Shown here: positions 9,269 through 19,591 of the stretch, in pieces | How the letters are laid out: the number at the start of each line of letters is the position of its first letter | Numbering within the stretch: the stretch's first letter is position 1 | From: a candidate division FCPU426 bacterium | GTDB taxonomy: Bacteria > Oederibacteriota > Muellerivitia > Muellerivitales > Muellerivitaceae | Length of the DNA: 64,000 nt | Assembly: GCA_963771075.1 (NCBI GenBank) | Contig: CAVYSE010000018.1 | Span: 1 to 64,000 of the forward strand | Direction: 5' to 3' | Position numbers and translations under genes: made by a program | Notes under the pieces: generated by a model | Databases searched by the model: none | What the model was told of the DNA's origin: nothing | What the model saw: only the letters and a program-made list of their open reading frames with translations

Positions 9269-11533
9269 ATGCCATGGTTTCCTATCCGTAAGGAAGGTTT
9301 TACCCCTATGTTTTTTCTTCGCTCCGTTCTTGCGTTATTCTTTTTTTTCTCGGGGTTCAGCGGGCTTTTATACCAACTCGTCTGGATGAGGTTGGCTTAT
9401 GCCTCATTTGGAATCAACACCCCAGTCATGTCGGTGGTCATTTCGGTATTCATGGTCGGGTTGGCCATAGGGTCTTTGACGGGAGGAAAGATCACTTCTC
9501 GATTAACGGGCCATCGGCCGGTCTTTTCGCTTTTTTCTTATGCTGGCGCAGAAGGGTTGATCGGTCTGGGTGCTTTCGCCGTTCCAGCGCTCTTTTCCTG
9601 GGGCGCCATGGTTCTTCTACCGTTGGGAAATTCCAATTCCTTTAGTTATCTCCTCTTTTCCTCCGCGGTGGTCTTATTGGCTTTGCTTCCTTGGTGTATC
9701 TGCATGGGGGCGACTTTCCCACTCATGATGGATTTCATGGGAAAAACCTTTGGCGTTAAGGATAGTTTCAGTTTTCTATACGCTGCCAACTTGTTCGGGG
9801 CTTTGACGGGGGTTGCGGCTACGGCGCTTATCCTGATCGAGTGTTTAGGTTTTCATAGAACCTTAGCGATCGGGGCACTGTTCAATTTTACGATTTGCGC
9901 GGGATGCCTCATCGTGGGAATTAAAAATTTCGAACCTCGGACAACCCTCAAGGATTCAGGCCAACCACCGGTCCAATTGGAACCTATCCAGCCAAAGTCT
10001 GATTTTCCAGCCTTCACGATCTTGTTCCTGACCGGATTTATTTGTTTGGCCATGGAGGTCATTTGGACTCGGGATTTCACTTTCGTCCTGAAAACCCAGG
10101 TTTATTCTTTCGCGTCCCTTTTATTTACCTATTTGTTATCGACTTTTTTGGGGTCGTTTATCTACCGAATGACCAAAGCGGTTCATACCCTGGAACCATC
10201 CCATTTGCTGATCTTCACTTTTTGTTTTTCCTTATTTCCGCTTGTGATCGATGATCCCCAAATTCATCACACCGTCTTTGGAGTTTTAGCCAGTATTGTT
10301 CCATTCTGCCTTGTTTTGGGTTATCTCAGCCCCTTGTTAGTGGATCGATTTTCTGGTGGAAATACCCGGCAAGCGGCCCGGTTTTACGCGGTCAATTTAT
10401 TGGGCTGTATCTTGGGGCCCTTGGCGGCTTCATATTTGCTTCTTCCTTTTTTGGGTGTAAAGGTTTCGATGATTTTTCTATCCGCCTTATTGATCCCCTT
10501 TTTACGAATGGACCTAAACTCTATCCGGTCCTGGCCGGCGTGGGTTAAGGCGGTAGTTGGTTTCGGGCTGGGGTTGCTTCTGTTTACCTGCGGCAGCGCT
10601 CGAGATTATGAAAATGCGCCTGGGACCTTTTACAAGCGTCATCTTTTATATCGTGATTACGCCGCCACGGTCATTTCGGGAGGGGAGGGCCTGAAAAAGA
10701 GGTTATTCGTCAATGGGATCGCCATGACCGACCTGAACCCGACCACGAAAGTCATGGCGCATCTTCCCCTGGCATTTTTAGGCCATCCGGCGGAGTCCGC
10801 CTTGGATATTTGCTTTGGGATGGGGACCACCTATCGTTCCTTGCTGAGTTGGGGCATTCAGTGCACGGTGGTAGAGCTGGTGCCCAGTGTTTTTAAATCC
10901 TTTGGCTATTTTTTTGAGGACGCAGAAAATTTAGTAAAGCTTCCCAACGGCCACATGGTGGTGGATGATGGTCGCCGTTTCCTGAATAGAACCCATCAAA
11001 AATTTGATGTGATCACAATCGATCCGCCCCCCCCCATCGAGGCAGCTGGTTCAAGTCTTCTTTATTCTGCGGAATTCCTGGAAATCGTCAAAAAGCATCT
11101 GACGGAAGGGGGGATTCTCCAAATATGGATGCCCTTAAACGATAAGGCGACTTCTCAAGCCATCGCCCGAACCGTCATGCGAGCCTTCCCTTATGTGCGG
11201 GTCTTTTTATCCGTTGAGTATGTCTCTGTCGTCGGATCGGTTCAAAGTTTAGGATATTTTTTCATCGCTTCTTCATCACCCATTCCAACATTATCCCCAA
11301 AAGAAATGGCGGACAAATTGCCCCTTTCCGCTCAAAGAGACCTATTGGAATGGTCGCCCGGTGTCAGCTGTGAACAGGAATTTGAAAAAATACAGCATCT
11401 TGAAGTTTCCACTTCTCATTCCCTGCTAGACCCCGCTTTTCAGGACATCATTTCCGACGATAAACCTTTCAATGAATATTATCTTCTTCGCCGTTCGACA
11501 TTTTTGGTGAATATCTATCCACTATTGTTATAA
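9269..11533 (+). CDS. Fused MFS-like membrane domain / spermidine synthase-like SAM-dependent enzyme
   Basis: FFFSGFSGLLYQLVW and LYAANLFGA..G in a duplicated TM domain; C-terminal ICFGMGTT, VVELVP, DDGRRFL, FDVITIDPPPP. Confidence 0.85.
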   Translation: MPWFPIRKEGFTPMFFLRSVLALFFFFSGFSGLLYQLVWMRLAYASFGINTPVMSVVISVFMVGLAIGSLTGGKITSRLTGHRPVFSLFSYAGAEGLIGLGAFAVPALFSWGAMVLLPLGNSNSFSYLLFSSAVVLLALLPWCICMGATFPLMMDFMGKTFGVKDSFSFLYAANLFGALTGVAATALILIECLGFHRTLAIGALFNFTICAGCLIVGIKNFEPRTTLKDSGQPPVQLEPIQPKSDFPAFTILFLTGFICLAMEVIWTRDFTFVLKTQVYSFASLLFTYLLSTFLGSFIYRMTKAVHTLEPSHLLIFTFCFSLFPLVIDDPQIHHTVFGVLASIVPFCLVLGYLSPLLVDRFSGGNTRQAARFYAVNLLGCILGPLAASYLLLPFLGVKVSMIFLSALLIPFLRMDLNSIRSWPAWVKAVVGFGLGLLLFTCGSARDYENAPGTFYKRHLLYRDYAATVISGGEGLKKRLFVNGIAMTDLNPTTKVMAHLPLAFLGHPAESALDICFGMGTTYRSLLSWGIQCTVVELVPSVFKSFGYFFEDAENLVKLPNGHMVVDDGRRFLNRTHQKFDVITIDPPPPIEAAGSSLLYSAEFLEIVKKHLTEGGILQIWMPLNDKATSQAIARTVMRAFPYVRVFLSVEYVSVVGSVQSLGYFFIASSSPIPTLSPKEMADKLPLSAQRDLLEWSPGVSCEQEFEKIQHLEVSTSHSLLDPAFQDIISDDKPFNEYYLLRRSTFLVNIYPLLL

Positions 11534-12242
11534 AAATCCAAACCTCCTTTTTCGGCCGAAAAGTTTCAGCCCTCAATAATTTTTATTGTAATCAAACCAC
11601 CACAATTCAAGAGAGACCCTAAAGACCTGAAATGTTAAGTAATAAAGAGGAAGTGATAAGTATAAATATTTTGGGAAAGCATCATGAAAGATGTTCGCTA
11701 TTTTCTCTTCCCCGATGGATGGAAAGTTGTAACGCTGTCCATCCTGGAAAAAAGTTAAAGAAAGAGGATGGCCACGATTCTGGTTCCTAGGAATCTAATT
11801 GCTGCCCTTTATTTCGTTAAGGAACAAGAAGCCTCATTAAACCGGAAGAAAGCGACACTATAGAAAGGATTGCAGGAACTTGACAGAAAGGTGTCGATAA
11901 CGCAAAGAATCACGTGTCCAGTTTACCGGGTTAAGAAAGCGTTTAAATAATATTGTTTAGATTGAATAGGTTTTTTGGGGCTTTTGGAGGGGAGTCCAAT
12001 GAATTTTGACCATTTTAATTTAAGAATCATTTTCGGGCCCAAAGTATTTTGACTTGATGGATGCGATGAAAAACGTTAATGACACCTGCTCGGCGAGGAT
12101 TGGAATAGAGAATTCGGAAATGTGTAATATGTTTTGAGTCATCGAGGTGCGGATGTCATCAAGTTGATAATTCACTTAACTTGTTTTCTGGAGAAACAGC
12201 TCGTATTTAATATTACACAGAAAAAATGAGCATTCATAAACA

Positions 12243-13856
12243 TCACGATACATTGATTCTCTTGTTTGAGCGAATTCTTTTTTCTAAGGCCCCACCTGAC
12301 CTGACCCAAAATTGAAACCTTCCATTCGGCCCGTAGGAATACATCGGGAAATAGTGCGCGACAATAAACCTGCTGACCGGGTGCTGTGTGACAATTTCAG
12401 GAACCGGCCAAGGGGGATTTTTTTCATCTAAAATGACTAATTCCGGTTTTCTTGAAGTCAGATCATGAAGCACATTTTGAGTTAATTCTGGAGCCATGGG
12501 AGAATCAAAAAGAATGGCACCGGTAACCGTTCCTGCAGACAGCAGGCGTCCGCTGGCATGATAAAACATGGGATAGCCGTTCCATTCATAAAAGGTTTCC
12601 CCGGGCAATAAAATCCGGTTGATGAATGAAGCGATGGGCTCTTGATAAAAGTAAAAATCCCCAAACTCGACCCTTGAACAGGCAAGCGGGCTCAATGGAA
12701 ACCATTGATATTCATATCCTCCCGTAATTCCGATGCAAAGTATCCTCAAGAAAAGGGATAATGACGCCGGGATTTTTTCCCTAAGCCATTCAAAGGACCA
12801 GGAAGTTCCAATACATAGCGGTGGTAACCAAAGTTGATAATAATGCGCGAAAAATTTGCCGGGTACGGCGATGTTTACAAAGGTCGCCAGAAGAAGGAAC
12901 GCAAACATCATCCAATGGCGGCCATTTCGGGCATTGAAAGCGGTTGCGATAAAGGAAAGAAGGAATAGTGGAATCAGAAAAGAGGCATAATTTGGGAGCG
13001 CATTTAGGGGAAGAAAACCAACCAATATATTTCTCAAAATGGTGTTTGAAGGAGCGCCGTTCCAAGAGGTCGAATAATAATAAGTAAATTCAAAAAGCGC
13101 GCGCCAGGTAGGTCGAAATCGCCCCGTCAGGGAAAAATAAACAAAAAAAAGCATCCAGCCTAAAAAAATGATTGTAAACAGGTTTATCATCTGTCGAACA
13201 GCCGTTCTCCTGTTTTCTGTCGCCGTCATCAAATAAGCGAATGATAAAAAGATGACAGTGATAATGAGGTATTGTTTGTAAAGGGTGGCTATTAGGGCAA
13301 GTATTCCTGTTAAGAAAGTGGTTTGCCATTTGTTGCTTTGACCATTCAAATTTAAAAAGAAAACAAACATCCAAACGGTTGTGGCGTTGATGAAAACTTC
13401 AACGTTGGGTTGGTTGGCTTCCAACCGAATGTCGCCGGAAATAAGTGCCCAAAGAATGGCCGCCATAAGGCCGGTGCTCTTTTGACCGCTTAACATCCAT
13501 CCAGCCCGGAAGATCCCCAAAAGGGTAACCGTCGCGGCGACCAGGGTTAGCAGATATATGGAGGCGTTGCCATAACCAGTTAAAAGCTCCGCGAACACGT
13601 ATGTTATAAAAGTTGCAGGGGGCTTTTGTTCCCAGAGATCGGAATAAAGCATGCGGCCGTTTAATAGTTCGTGGGCAATCGAGGAATAGAGCGTGATATC
13701 ACAAGGTATCGGCTCGTGATAGGTGCGGAACCTCAGAAAGGCGATAAGGGCTGAGAGCAAGATCAAAATGATTGTGGATGGAAACAAAAGATAAATTTTG
13801 CTTGGTTGCAATGGATGGGAATAATCAGAGGGTATTTTCGAAAAAAAAGGACGCAT
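12243..13856 (-). CDS. ArnT/PMT_2-like (GT39/GT83, GT-C) glycosyltransferase
   Basis: D.TLY..IA.ELL.G..LY.DLWEQKPP motif, multiple TM helices, F.HYY motif, C-terminal periplasmic domain. Confidence 0.8.
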   Translation of the reverse strand: MRPFFSKIPSDYSHPLQPSKIYLLFPSTIILILLSALIAFLRFRTYHEPIPCDITLYSSIAHELLNGRMLYSDLWEQKPPATFITYVFAELLTGYGNASIYLLTLVAATVTLLGIFRAGWMLSGQKSTGLMAAILWALISGDIRLEANQPNVEVFINATTVWMFVFFLNLNGQSNKWQTTFLTGILALIATLYKQYLIITVIFLSFAYLMTATENRRTAVRQMINLFTIIFLGWMLFFVYFSLTGRFRPTWRALFEFTYYYSTSWNGAPSNTILRNILVGFLPLNALPNYASFLIPLFLLSFIATAFNARNGRHWMMFAFLLLATFVNIAVPGKFFAHYYQLWLPPLCIGTSWSFEWLREKIPASLSLFLRILCIGITGGYEYQWFPLSPLACSRVEFGDFYFYQEPIASFINRILLPGETFYEWNGYPMFYHASGRLLSAGTVTGAILFDSPMAPELTQNVLHDLTSRKPELVILDEKNPPWPVPEIVTQHPVSRFIVAHYFPMYSYGPNGRFQFWVRSGGALEKRIRSNKRINVS

Positions 13857-13954
13857 TAAGTTATTCGTCTCTCAATCTAACCTGCCTGGATTGGTTCTAT
13901 CATATTCAAGTTTGATCAAATGCGAAATATATTGACCGACCAATAGGCATTAAT

Positions 13955-14701
13955 TCATTTTTTGGAGATTGAATATATTTTTTTACCAAACCCAATGGCA
14001 TAAAGATACCAACGCAAATAATGGGGAAGCCATTTAAAAAGTTTGAATCGGGATTGGCCGGCGGTCCGATCTTTCCACGTGGTGGGTATTTCACAAATCG
14101 GATAGCCCTTCTTAAAGGCTTTTACGGTGATTTCGATTGCCAATTCAAATCCGCCCGTGCTTTCAATCGTAATTTCATCTATCAAGGCTTTATCGTATAG
14201 TTTGAAATTATTGGTGACGTCGTGAACGGGAAAACGGAAAAACCAGTTTAATGAGACTCCGGCTAGACGGGATAGGGTTCGTTTGAGAAGGGGGCCGCCT
14301 TCCTGTCGTCCCCCCTTCATATATCGGCTACCACAAACGACCTTGAATCCCTGATTATATTTATCCAACATCAAATTGACATTTGACAGGTCGTCCGAAA
14401 GATCTCCCATGACCACCAAACAAGGCCCCGATTTTACTTTGCCGAATCCGGTTTTTAGGGCGTTTAATACGCCACGTCCAGAGCTGTTTTTAACCAATTC
14501 GAGATGGGCGTCCATCGATTGAAGTTCCCGAACCACGGGGAGGGTATTGTCCTCATCGAAATCGTAGATGATCAGAATTTGATGAGGTGCTCGAATTTTG
14601 GATTTAATTTCTTGGTGTGTCCGCCGGATATTCTCGCCTTCATTGAAAACGGGAATAATGATATGAAGCAAAGTCGTAGTCCCTAAATTGGATGGATTCA
14701 T
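13955..14701 (-). CDS. GT2 polyprenol-phosphate glycosyltransferase (DPM1/ArnC-like)
   Basis: IIIPVFNEGENI, D.DEDNT, V.MGDLSD, GSRYM.GG, D.TNNFKLY, EIPTTW.DR..G.S.F. Confidence 0.9.
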   Translation of the reverse strand: MNPSNLGTTTLLHIIIPVFNEGENIRRTHQEIKSKIRAPHQILIIYDFDEDNTLPVVRELQSMDAHLELVKNSSGRGVLNALKTGFGKVKSGPCLVVMGDLSDDLSNVNLMLDKYNQGFKVVCGSRYMKGGRQEGGPLLKRTLSRLAGVSLNWFFRFPVHDVTNNFKLYDKALIDEITIESTGGFELAIEITVKAFKKGYPICEIPTTWKDRTAGQSRFKLFKWLPHYLRWYLYAIGFGKKIYSISKK

Positions 14702-14720
14702 GATCGACTTTTCATAAAGG

Positions 14721-15752
14721 TCAAATGTTTCCCAGATTGATTTGGTCTTTAATCCAGGGAATGAGTTCGTCCAATACCCGGGAAAGATCGGTTTGGGCCT
14801 CGAAATTCAGGAGTTTTTTTGCCTTTTCCACTGAGGGTACGCGTCTTTGTACATCGTGGGGATAGGGCGGGTCATTGACAAAACGGAAGGGTTTATTAGG
14901 TTGGACTTTATTCCATATCATTTCGGCTAACTCCAGAACCGTGGTAGAACGAGCCGTTGAAAGGTTGAAGTCTTCATTTACGGCGTTCGCTTCCTCCATG
15001 CAGAACCGGATTCCTCTCGCCAAATCACCTCCGTACGTATAGTGACGAACTTGATTGCCGTCACCAAGTAAACGCAAGGGGTCCTGCCCCTTCAAAATCT
15101 TCTGGACCAGGTCGGGGACTACATGGCTCAGCGCCAATTGAATATTTCCGGAATAGACGGTCTTTCCTTGGATGGCCTTGGACTCGCCAATCCCAACGCA
15201 ATTGAATGGTCGGATAATGGTGTAGGGAAGGCCATACTGGGCATAAGCACCCTTGGCGAAATATTCGCAAGACAATTTTTGGAAGCCGTAGGTGGATTGG
15301 GGAGGTGGGCAAAGGGATTGTTCGCCCTCCGGGGTGGGGTAGCGATTCGTACATTCATAAACCATGGAAGAGGAAAGAACGTTGATTTTCTTTAAACGTT
15401 TTTTTTGAAAAGCCCAGAGTGCAGCGTCAAATGTGGAAGCGATGATCCTCTCGTTCTCGGCGAGAAGGTCATAGGCCAACTCGTGAAAGTAAGTAATCCC
15501 CCCTATCATGGATGCGGCCGCGAGGACTTGGTCGCAATCCTCGGATAGTTTTTTCAAAAGATCAACGTCCTTTGCGTCGCCCTGGACGAATTGATAAGCG
15601 GGATTTTGACTATAACTTTTCTCTATAGGCCCATATTTAGAAAAATTATCGACGCCGACAATCGTATGTCCGTGGGCGAGGAGTTCCTCAATCAGGTAAC
15701 CGCAGATGAATCCGGATGAACCGGTGATTAATATTTTCAAAAGGTTGTCCAA
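14721..15752 (-). CDS. NAD-dependent epimerase/dehydratase (extended SDR; possible UDP-uronate decarboxylase)
   Basis: ITGSSGFICG Rossmann motif, SSSMVYE, YxxxK (YGFQK), IRPFN, GDG.QVR.YTY. Confidence 0.85.
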   Translation of the reverse strand: MDNLLKILITGSSGFICGYLIEELLAHGHTIVGVDNFSKYGPIEKSYSQNPAYQFVQGDAKDVDLLKKLSEDCDQVLAAASMIGGITYFHELAYDLLAENERIIASTFDAALWAFQKKRLKKINVLSSSMVYECTNRYPTPEGEQSLCPPPQSTYGFQKLSCEYFAKGAYAQYGLPYTIIRPFNCVGIGESKAIQGKTVYSGNIQLALSHVVPDLVQKILKGQDPLRLLGDGNQVRHYTYGGDLARGIRFCMEEANAVNEDFNLSTARSTTVLELAEMIWNKVQPNKPFRFVNDPPYPHDVQRRVPSVEKAKKLLNFEAQTDLSRVLDELIPWIKDQINLGNI

Positions 15753-15789
15753 TTAAAAAGGATATTGTGAATCGTTTTTCGGCGCGACC

Positions 15790-16974
15790 TTAATCTTTTT
15801 TAAAGAAGTTCCAAACATCCACCAGATGCTTCCCCTTTAAGTCCAGTTGTTTGTATTCCCGGTGGGGAGTCGCCAGGATGATTACGTCGCATCGTTGGAT
15901 GAGTTCCTCGGCGGTAAGGAATCCTGGTTCGTGAATGTAAATATCCGAGCATAAAACATTTCCAGCCTCGAGATCCAAAATTTTCCTTAGCTTATAGGCG
16001 AGGCTATCCCGGGGGTCGTCATTATTGGCCTTGAAGGCCATCCCGAGGATACCAACCGTTTTCTGTTGTAGATCCATGGTCTTTTTTAGGTTATCGACCA
16101 GAAAGCTGGGAAGTCCCTCATTGATCAGCATAGCCGCGTGACCCAGAAAGAAATGGTTCTTGTTGAAGGCGGACAATTGCATGGTGTCCTTGAAAAGGCA
16201 TGGGCCCGCTGTGAACCCGGCCTGTGGAAAACCTTGCAGACGGGGATAATGATGGGTCATCCCCTGGTAAACCCTATAAAAGTCCAGGCCGCTCGATTCG
16301 GCGATCATGTAAAACTGGTTAGCCGTAGCGAAAGAGATATAGCGCCATGCGTTCGTGAACAACTTGGCCAATTCGGCCTCTTCAGGGGTTAAAGGGATGA
16401 TTTCCGCCCCGAGGGTGGAAAAAAGATTGGAAGCCCGTTTTTGAGCTTCGGGGTCATAAGCCGAGACGATCTGAGGCAGGGCGATAATCTCGCGAAAGGC
16501 CATTCCCTCGGCCACCCGCTCGGGGCAAAATGCCACATGGATTTCGACCCCTAAAGATTTGAAATAATTGAAAACCTTTTTGGTGACTCCTGGGTAAATG
16601 GTACTTCGTAGGATTAATAGCTGCCCTTTTTTTAAGCGGGTGGAAAAGTCTTTGATGGCATTGAACACATCACGCAGGTTGGGATTCAAGTGTTCATCCA
16701 CGGGAGTGCCGATGACCAGGATAATATTTTCGGATTTCGAAATCACCGATTGATCCGTTGTGGCACTTAACATGCCCGAATCCACCATTTTCGCCAAAAC
16801 CTCAGGGGTGCCCTCGTCCATGAAAGGCATCTTCTTTTGGTGGACTAGCCCCACGCTGGTTGGATCAATGTCGTATAGCACCACTTTTTTTCCGCGATAG
16901 GCGAAAGCCAAGCCCAAGGGCAAGCCGACATGGCCGCAGCCCCCTATCACGCAAATATCATAAGTTTCGTTCAT
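15790..16974 (-). CDS. UDP-sugar 6-dehydrogenase (UDP-Glc/GDP-Man DH family, WecC-like)
   Basis: GGCGHVGLP, ILRSTIYPG, FCPERV.EG, AELAKLF.N, catalytic GPCLFKD, GMAFK...DD.RDS. Likely start MNETYD at 16974. Confidence 0.9.
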   Translation of the reverse strand: MNETYDICVIGGCGHVGLPLGLAFAYRGKKVVLYDIDPTSVGLVHQKKMPFMDEGTPEVLAKMVDSGMLSATTDQSVISKSENIILVIGTPVDEHLNPNLRDVFNAIKDFSTRLKKGQLLILRSTIYPGVTKKVFNYFKSLGVEIHVAFCPERVAEGMAFREIIALPQIVSAYDPEAQKRASNLFSTLGAEIIPLTPEEAELAKLFTNAWRYISFATANQFYMIAESSGLDFYRVYQGMTHHYPRLQGFPQAGFTAGPCLFKDTMQLSAFNKNHFFLGHAAMLINEGLPSFLVDNLKKTMDLQQKTVGILGMAFKANNDDPRDSLAYKLRKILDLEAGNVLCSDIYIHEPGFLTAEELIQRCDVIILATPHREYKQLDLKGKHLVDVWNFFKKD

Positions 16975-17198
16975 TTCTATTTTCTTTTCGCTATTGGAAT
17001 AGAAAACCCTGAATCCGAAATAGTTTAACATTAATTAAAGGAAAGAGGGCTGTCCCTTTCCTCATTTCGCCGGTAAAGAACCGAAGGGTGTTCCCTCGAA
17101 AGTTGCCCCAGCGGTCTAAAATCCAAATTGCGATCTTGAGCGGGACATTCGGCATTTGGGTGCTGGTCAGCACGGTGAATGATCTGCAATCGATGGGG

Positions 17199-19244
17199 TC
17201 AATATCCTTCAGGTCGGCAAAAACTTACTTTCATGAGGGTGGAATAAGGAAAAGGGGAAAATAGTTCCGAGGGATCCAAATAGATCATTTCCGCTTTAAT
17301 TATTTTCGAAATTTCAAATGCGGAAACTGTTTTTCTGTTCATGTTTTCGAGTAATTGTCCGATGGGAAGGGGCGAAAAGAAAACGCCCTCTTTAAGCTGG
17401 GAATAGAAAGCTTTTTGGATGACCCGGTGTGTTTGCCCTCGGGAATCCAAATACTCAATCCACACAATCAAGTCGGGCGATTTGTAAATGAACTTCAATA
17501 AATTGAACCAGAATGTCCTCCCGGAATTTAACGGTTGTACTTGAAGCTTTAAAAAAGAACCTGGGCCTTCGTTGAGGCATTGGATGGTACCCTCAACTGG
17601 GTTTTTTCTCGCGACCAGGATGGTTTGTTTATCAAAAGTTCCGTCGGGTATGTAATATTTCAACAAAGGATCGATCCAGAAGCTGAATTCTGAAAGCGAA
17701 TCACGTCTATCCACCGTATCGGGGCTCAAGACGATCACGTCCGGACGGGATTCAGACGAGAGAAAATCTTGGTCCAACTTTCCTAATTCCTGATTAGGGG
17801 TGTCGAAATAGATTTGCAGGGAAGGCGCGGTCACTAGCTTGTATTGTGGGACGGTTGACGCTAATAGCATGGACCAAGGGTAAAAGGTGATCGTGGGTGA
17901 ATTTTTTTCGAGGTTTCCGGGATGAAGTCGATCTAATTCCGCGCAAAGCGATTTGAGGTGACCCCTTAAGGTTTTATATCGCTCTTCTTTGAATCGCCTT
18001 TTTACATCTTCCGCATTTGTTACCCATGAATAGATGGTTTGAAAGCGTGGGACGGTATTGTGCTGGATCGTTTCCAGGGCGGAGATCAATAAGTTTTTTT
18101 TCGAAAGAATTTCAAAGGCCGAATTAAACATCGCTAGACTTATCAAAGAAAATATTATCGTGAGCCAAAATACCTTTTGCTTTGGGATGCATTTCTGAAG
18201 TGCGAATCCAGAATAGAGGAATAGCAAAGGAAATGTAGCGAGGTAGAATCCATCCATGTGCTGAATATCCATCCGGATAAAACCGCGCTTAAATAACCAA
18301 AATAGAGAACAGCTAAAACAAAGAATGAAAAAAAACCTTTCGGTTTTATCGTGGAATCGGTTTTTTGATAAGAGAAGGGCTAAACAGAACAAGCCGATGG
18401 AGTAGAAAAGGCCCGCCACCACCAGAATGGTGTTTAACGCGCCATCGCAATAATTTACCGACATGATTTCACTGTAATCGGCCGAGCATTTCCAACCTAA
18501 TGTAAAAAATCGCAAGAAATTCCAGTCTTGGGTTAAGAGGCGGAAAACAAAGAAATTACCGATAATCCAGGTGGACCAAATCCAAGACAAGAAAAGAAGG
18601 GATGGTTTTCGTAGTGCTATGAAAATATTCACGATCACAAGAACGGATAGAGCGTGCATTCCGAGTGAAAATTTATATTGAAGCAAGGGGATAGCCAATA
18701 ACGTAAGGATATAAAGATATTTGTTCCGGTAATTTCCATCGGAGGTTTTGAGGAAATATGCGAGATAAACCAGGATTATCAATAAATCGTAAAATAAGGG
18801 CTCGGAACTTTGGATGTAAGGATGGTAAAAAAGGCAAACTAAGACGGGAATATATAGAAGAACCTGAGTAAGTGCCGATTTTCCGTTGAAATGTTCGGAA
18901 AAGTCAAAAACTAAATTCATGACCAAAAAAATAATGAAAGCTTCAAAACCTATTTTAACCCAATTGGGTCCTTGGCTCATCTCGGTCACTGGGCCTAGGT
19001 ATTGAGCTAGGGGCCCAAAGGTGAAGAAGAAATCCGAACCCGCAAATAAATGATTGCGGAGCAATTCACCGAGGGCGAACTGGTAAGAGCCATCCAGTAC
19101 ATATTCGGTGAGATGAAAAAAGGGGGTGAAAGCGTATTGGGCCGTAAATATGATAAAAAAAAGAACCAAAAATATTTTTCGAGCCCAAGAAACAGATTTC
19201 CAATATGAAATAAAATTTTGGGGGTAATGAGATAAGGGTTTCAA
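17199..19244 (-). CDS. Polytopic membrane protein, putative GT-C-like glycosyltransferase
   Basis: LDGSY...G.DFFFTFGPL motif after TM1, about 11 TM helices, large C-terminal soluble domain; AT-rich. Confidence 0.65.
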   Translation of the reverse strand: MKPLSHYPQNFISYWKSVSWARKIFLVLFFIIFTAQYAFTPFFHLTEYVLDGSYQFALGELLRNHLFAGSDFFFTFGPLAQYLGPVTEMSQGPNWVKIGFEAFIIFLVMNLVFDFSEHFNGKSALTQVLLYIPVLVCLFYHPYIQSSEPLFYDLLIILVYLAYFLKTSDGNYRNKYLYILTLLAIPLLQYKFSLGMHALSVLVIVNIFIALRKPSLLFLSWIWSTWIIGNFFVFRLLTQDWNFLRFFTLGWKCSADYSEIMSVNYCDGALNTILVVAGLFYSIGLFCLALLLSKNRFHDKTERFFFILCFSCSLFWLFKRGFIRMDIQHMDGFYLATFPLLFLYSGFALQKCIPKQKVFWLTIIFSLISLAMFNSAFEILSKKNLLISALETIQHNTVPRFQTIYSWVTNAEDVKRRFKEERYKTLRGHLKSLCAELDRLHPGNLEKNSPTITFYPWSMLLASTVPQYKLVTAPSLQIYFDTPNQELGKLDQDFLSSESRPDVIVLSPDTVDRRDSLSEFSFWIDPLLKYYIPDGTFDKQTILVARKNPVEGTIQCLNEGPGSFLKLQVQPLNSGRTFWFNLLKFIYKSPDLIVWIEYLDSRGQTHRVIQKAFYSQLKEGVFFSPLPIGQLLENMNRKTVSAFEISKIIKAEMIYLDPSELFSPFPYSTLMKVSFCRPEGY

Positions 19245-19391
19245 AAAGAGGTGCCTTATTTTTTGAGTTTTTCGAGTAGAAAATTAGTTTATCATTTTTG
19301 ATGTTGGCTCGCTTTAATTTGGGCAGGTCTGAGGGCTTTCGCTTGAAGCACCAGTTTATGGCCGAACGTATTGCAAAGATTGGGGTCTGTC

Positions 19392-19419
19392 TTGACAGGT
19401 TGTAGGTAAACCGTATAAT
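19392..19419 (+). promoter_or_regulatory. Sigma70-type promoter of the pyr operon
   Basis: TTGACA (19392-97), 16-nt spacer, TATAAT (19414-19), directly upstream of the PyrR leader. Confidence 0.85.
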
Positions 19420-19427
19420 TCACCCAG

Positions 19428-19459
19428 CCTTTAAACAGGGTCCCGAGAGGCCCTAAAGG
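19428..19459 (+). promoter_or_regulatory. PyrR-binding RNA element (anti-antiterminator)
   Basis: cctttaa-acagggtcccgagaggccct-aaagg matches the PyrR site pattern (UUUAA ... RGUCC.G.GAGGY), upstream of pyrR. Confidence 0.85.
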
Positions 19460-19500
19460 AAAGAAGAATGACGCACGTATATGCCCTAGAAACCTTACTG

Positions 19501-19538
19501 TCCCGAACGCCTCAAAAGGGTGATTCGGGATTTTTTTT
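19501..19538 (+). terminator. Attenuator terminator in the pyr leader
   Basis: tcccgaa...ttcggga stem followed by T8, between the PyrR site and the pyrR start. Confidence 0.8.
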
Positions 19539-19591
19539 GCCCCACGCTCCCAACGCCTCCTGTTTTTCCATCAAATACACGGAGGTTCATT

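Noticed and set aside
11534..12242. Gene or ncRNA in the 700-bp AT-rich gap
   Set aside because: Only very short ORFs and no recognisable structure; cannot support a call.
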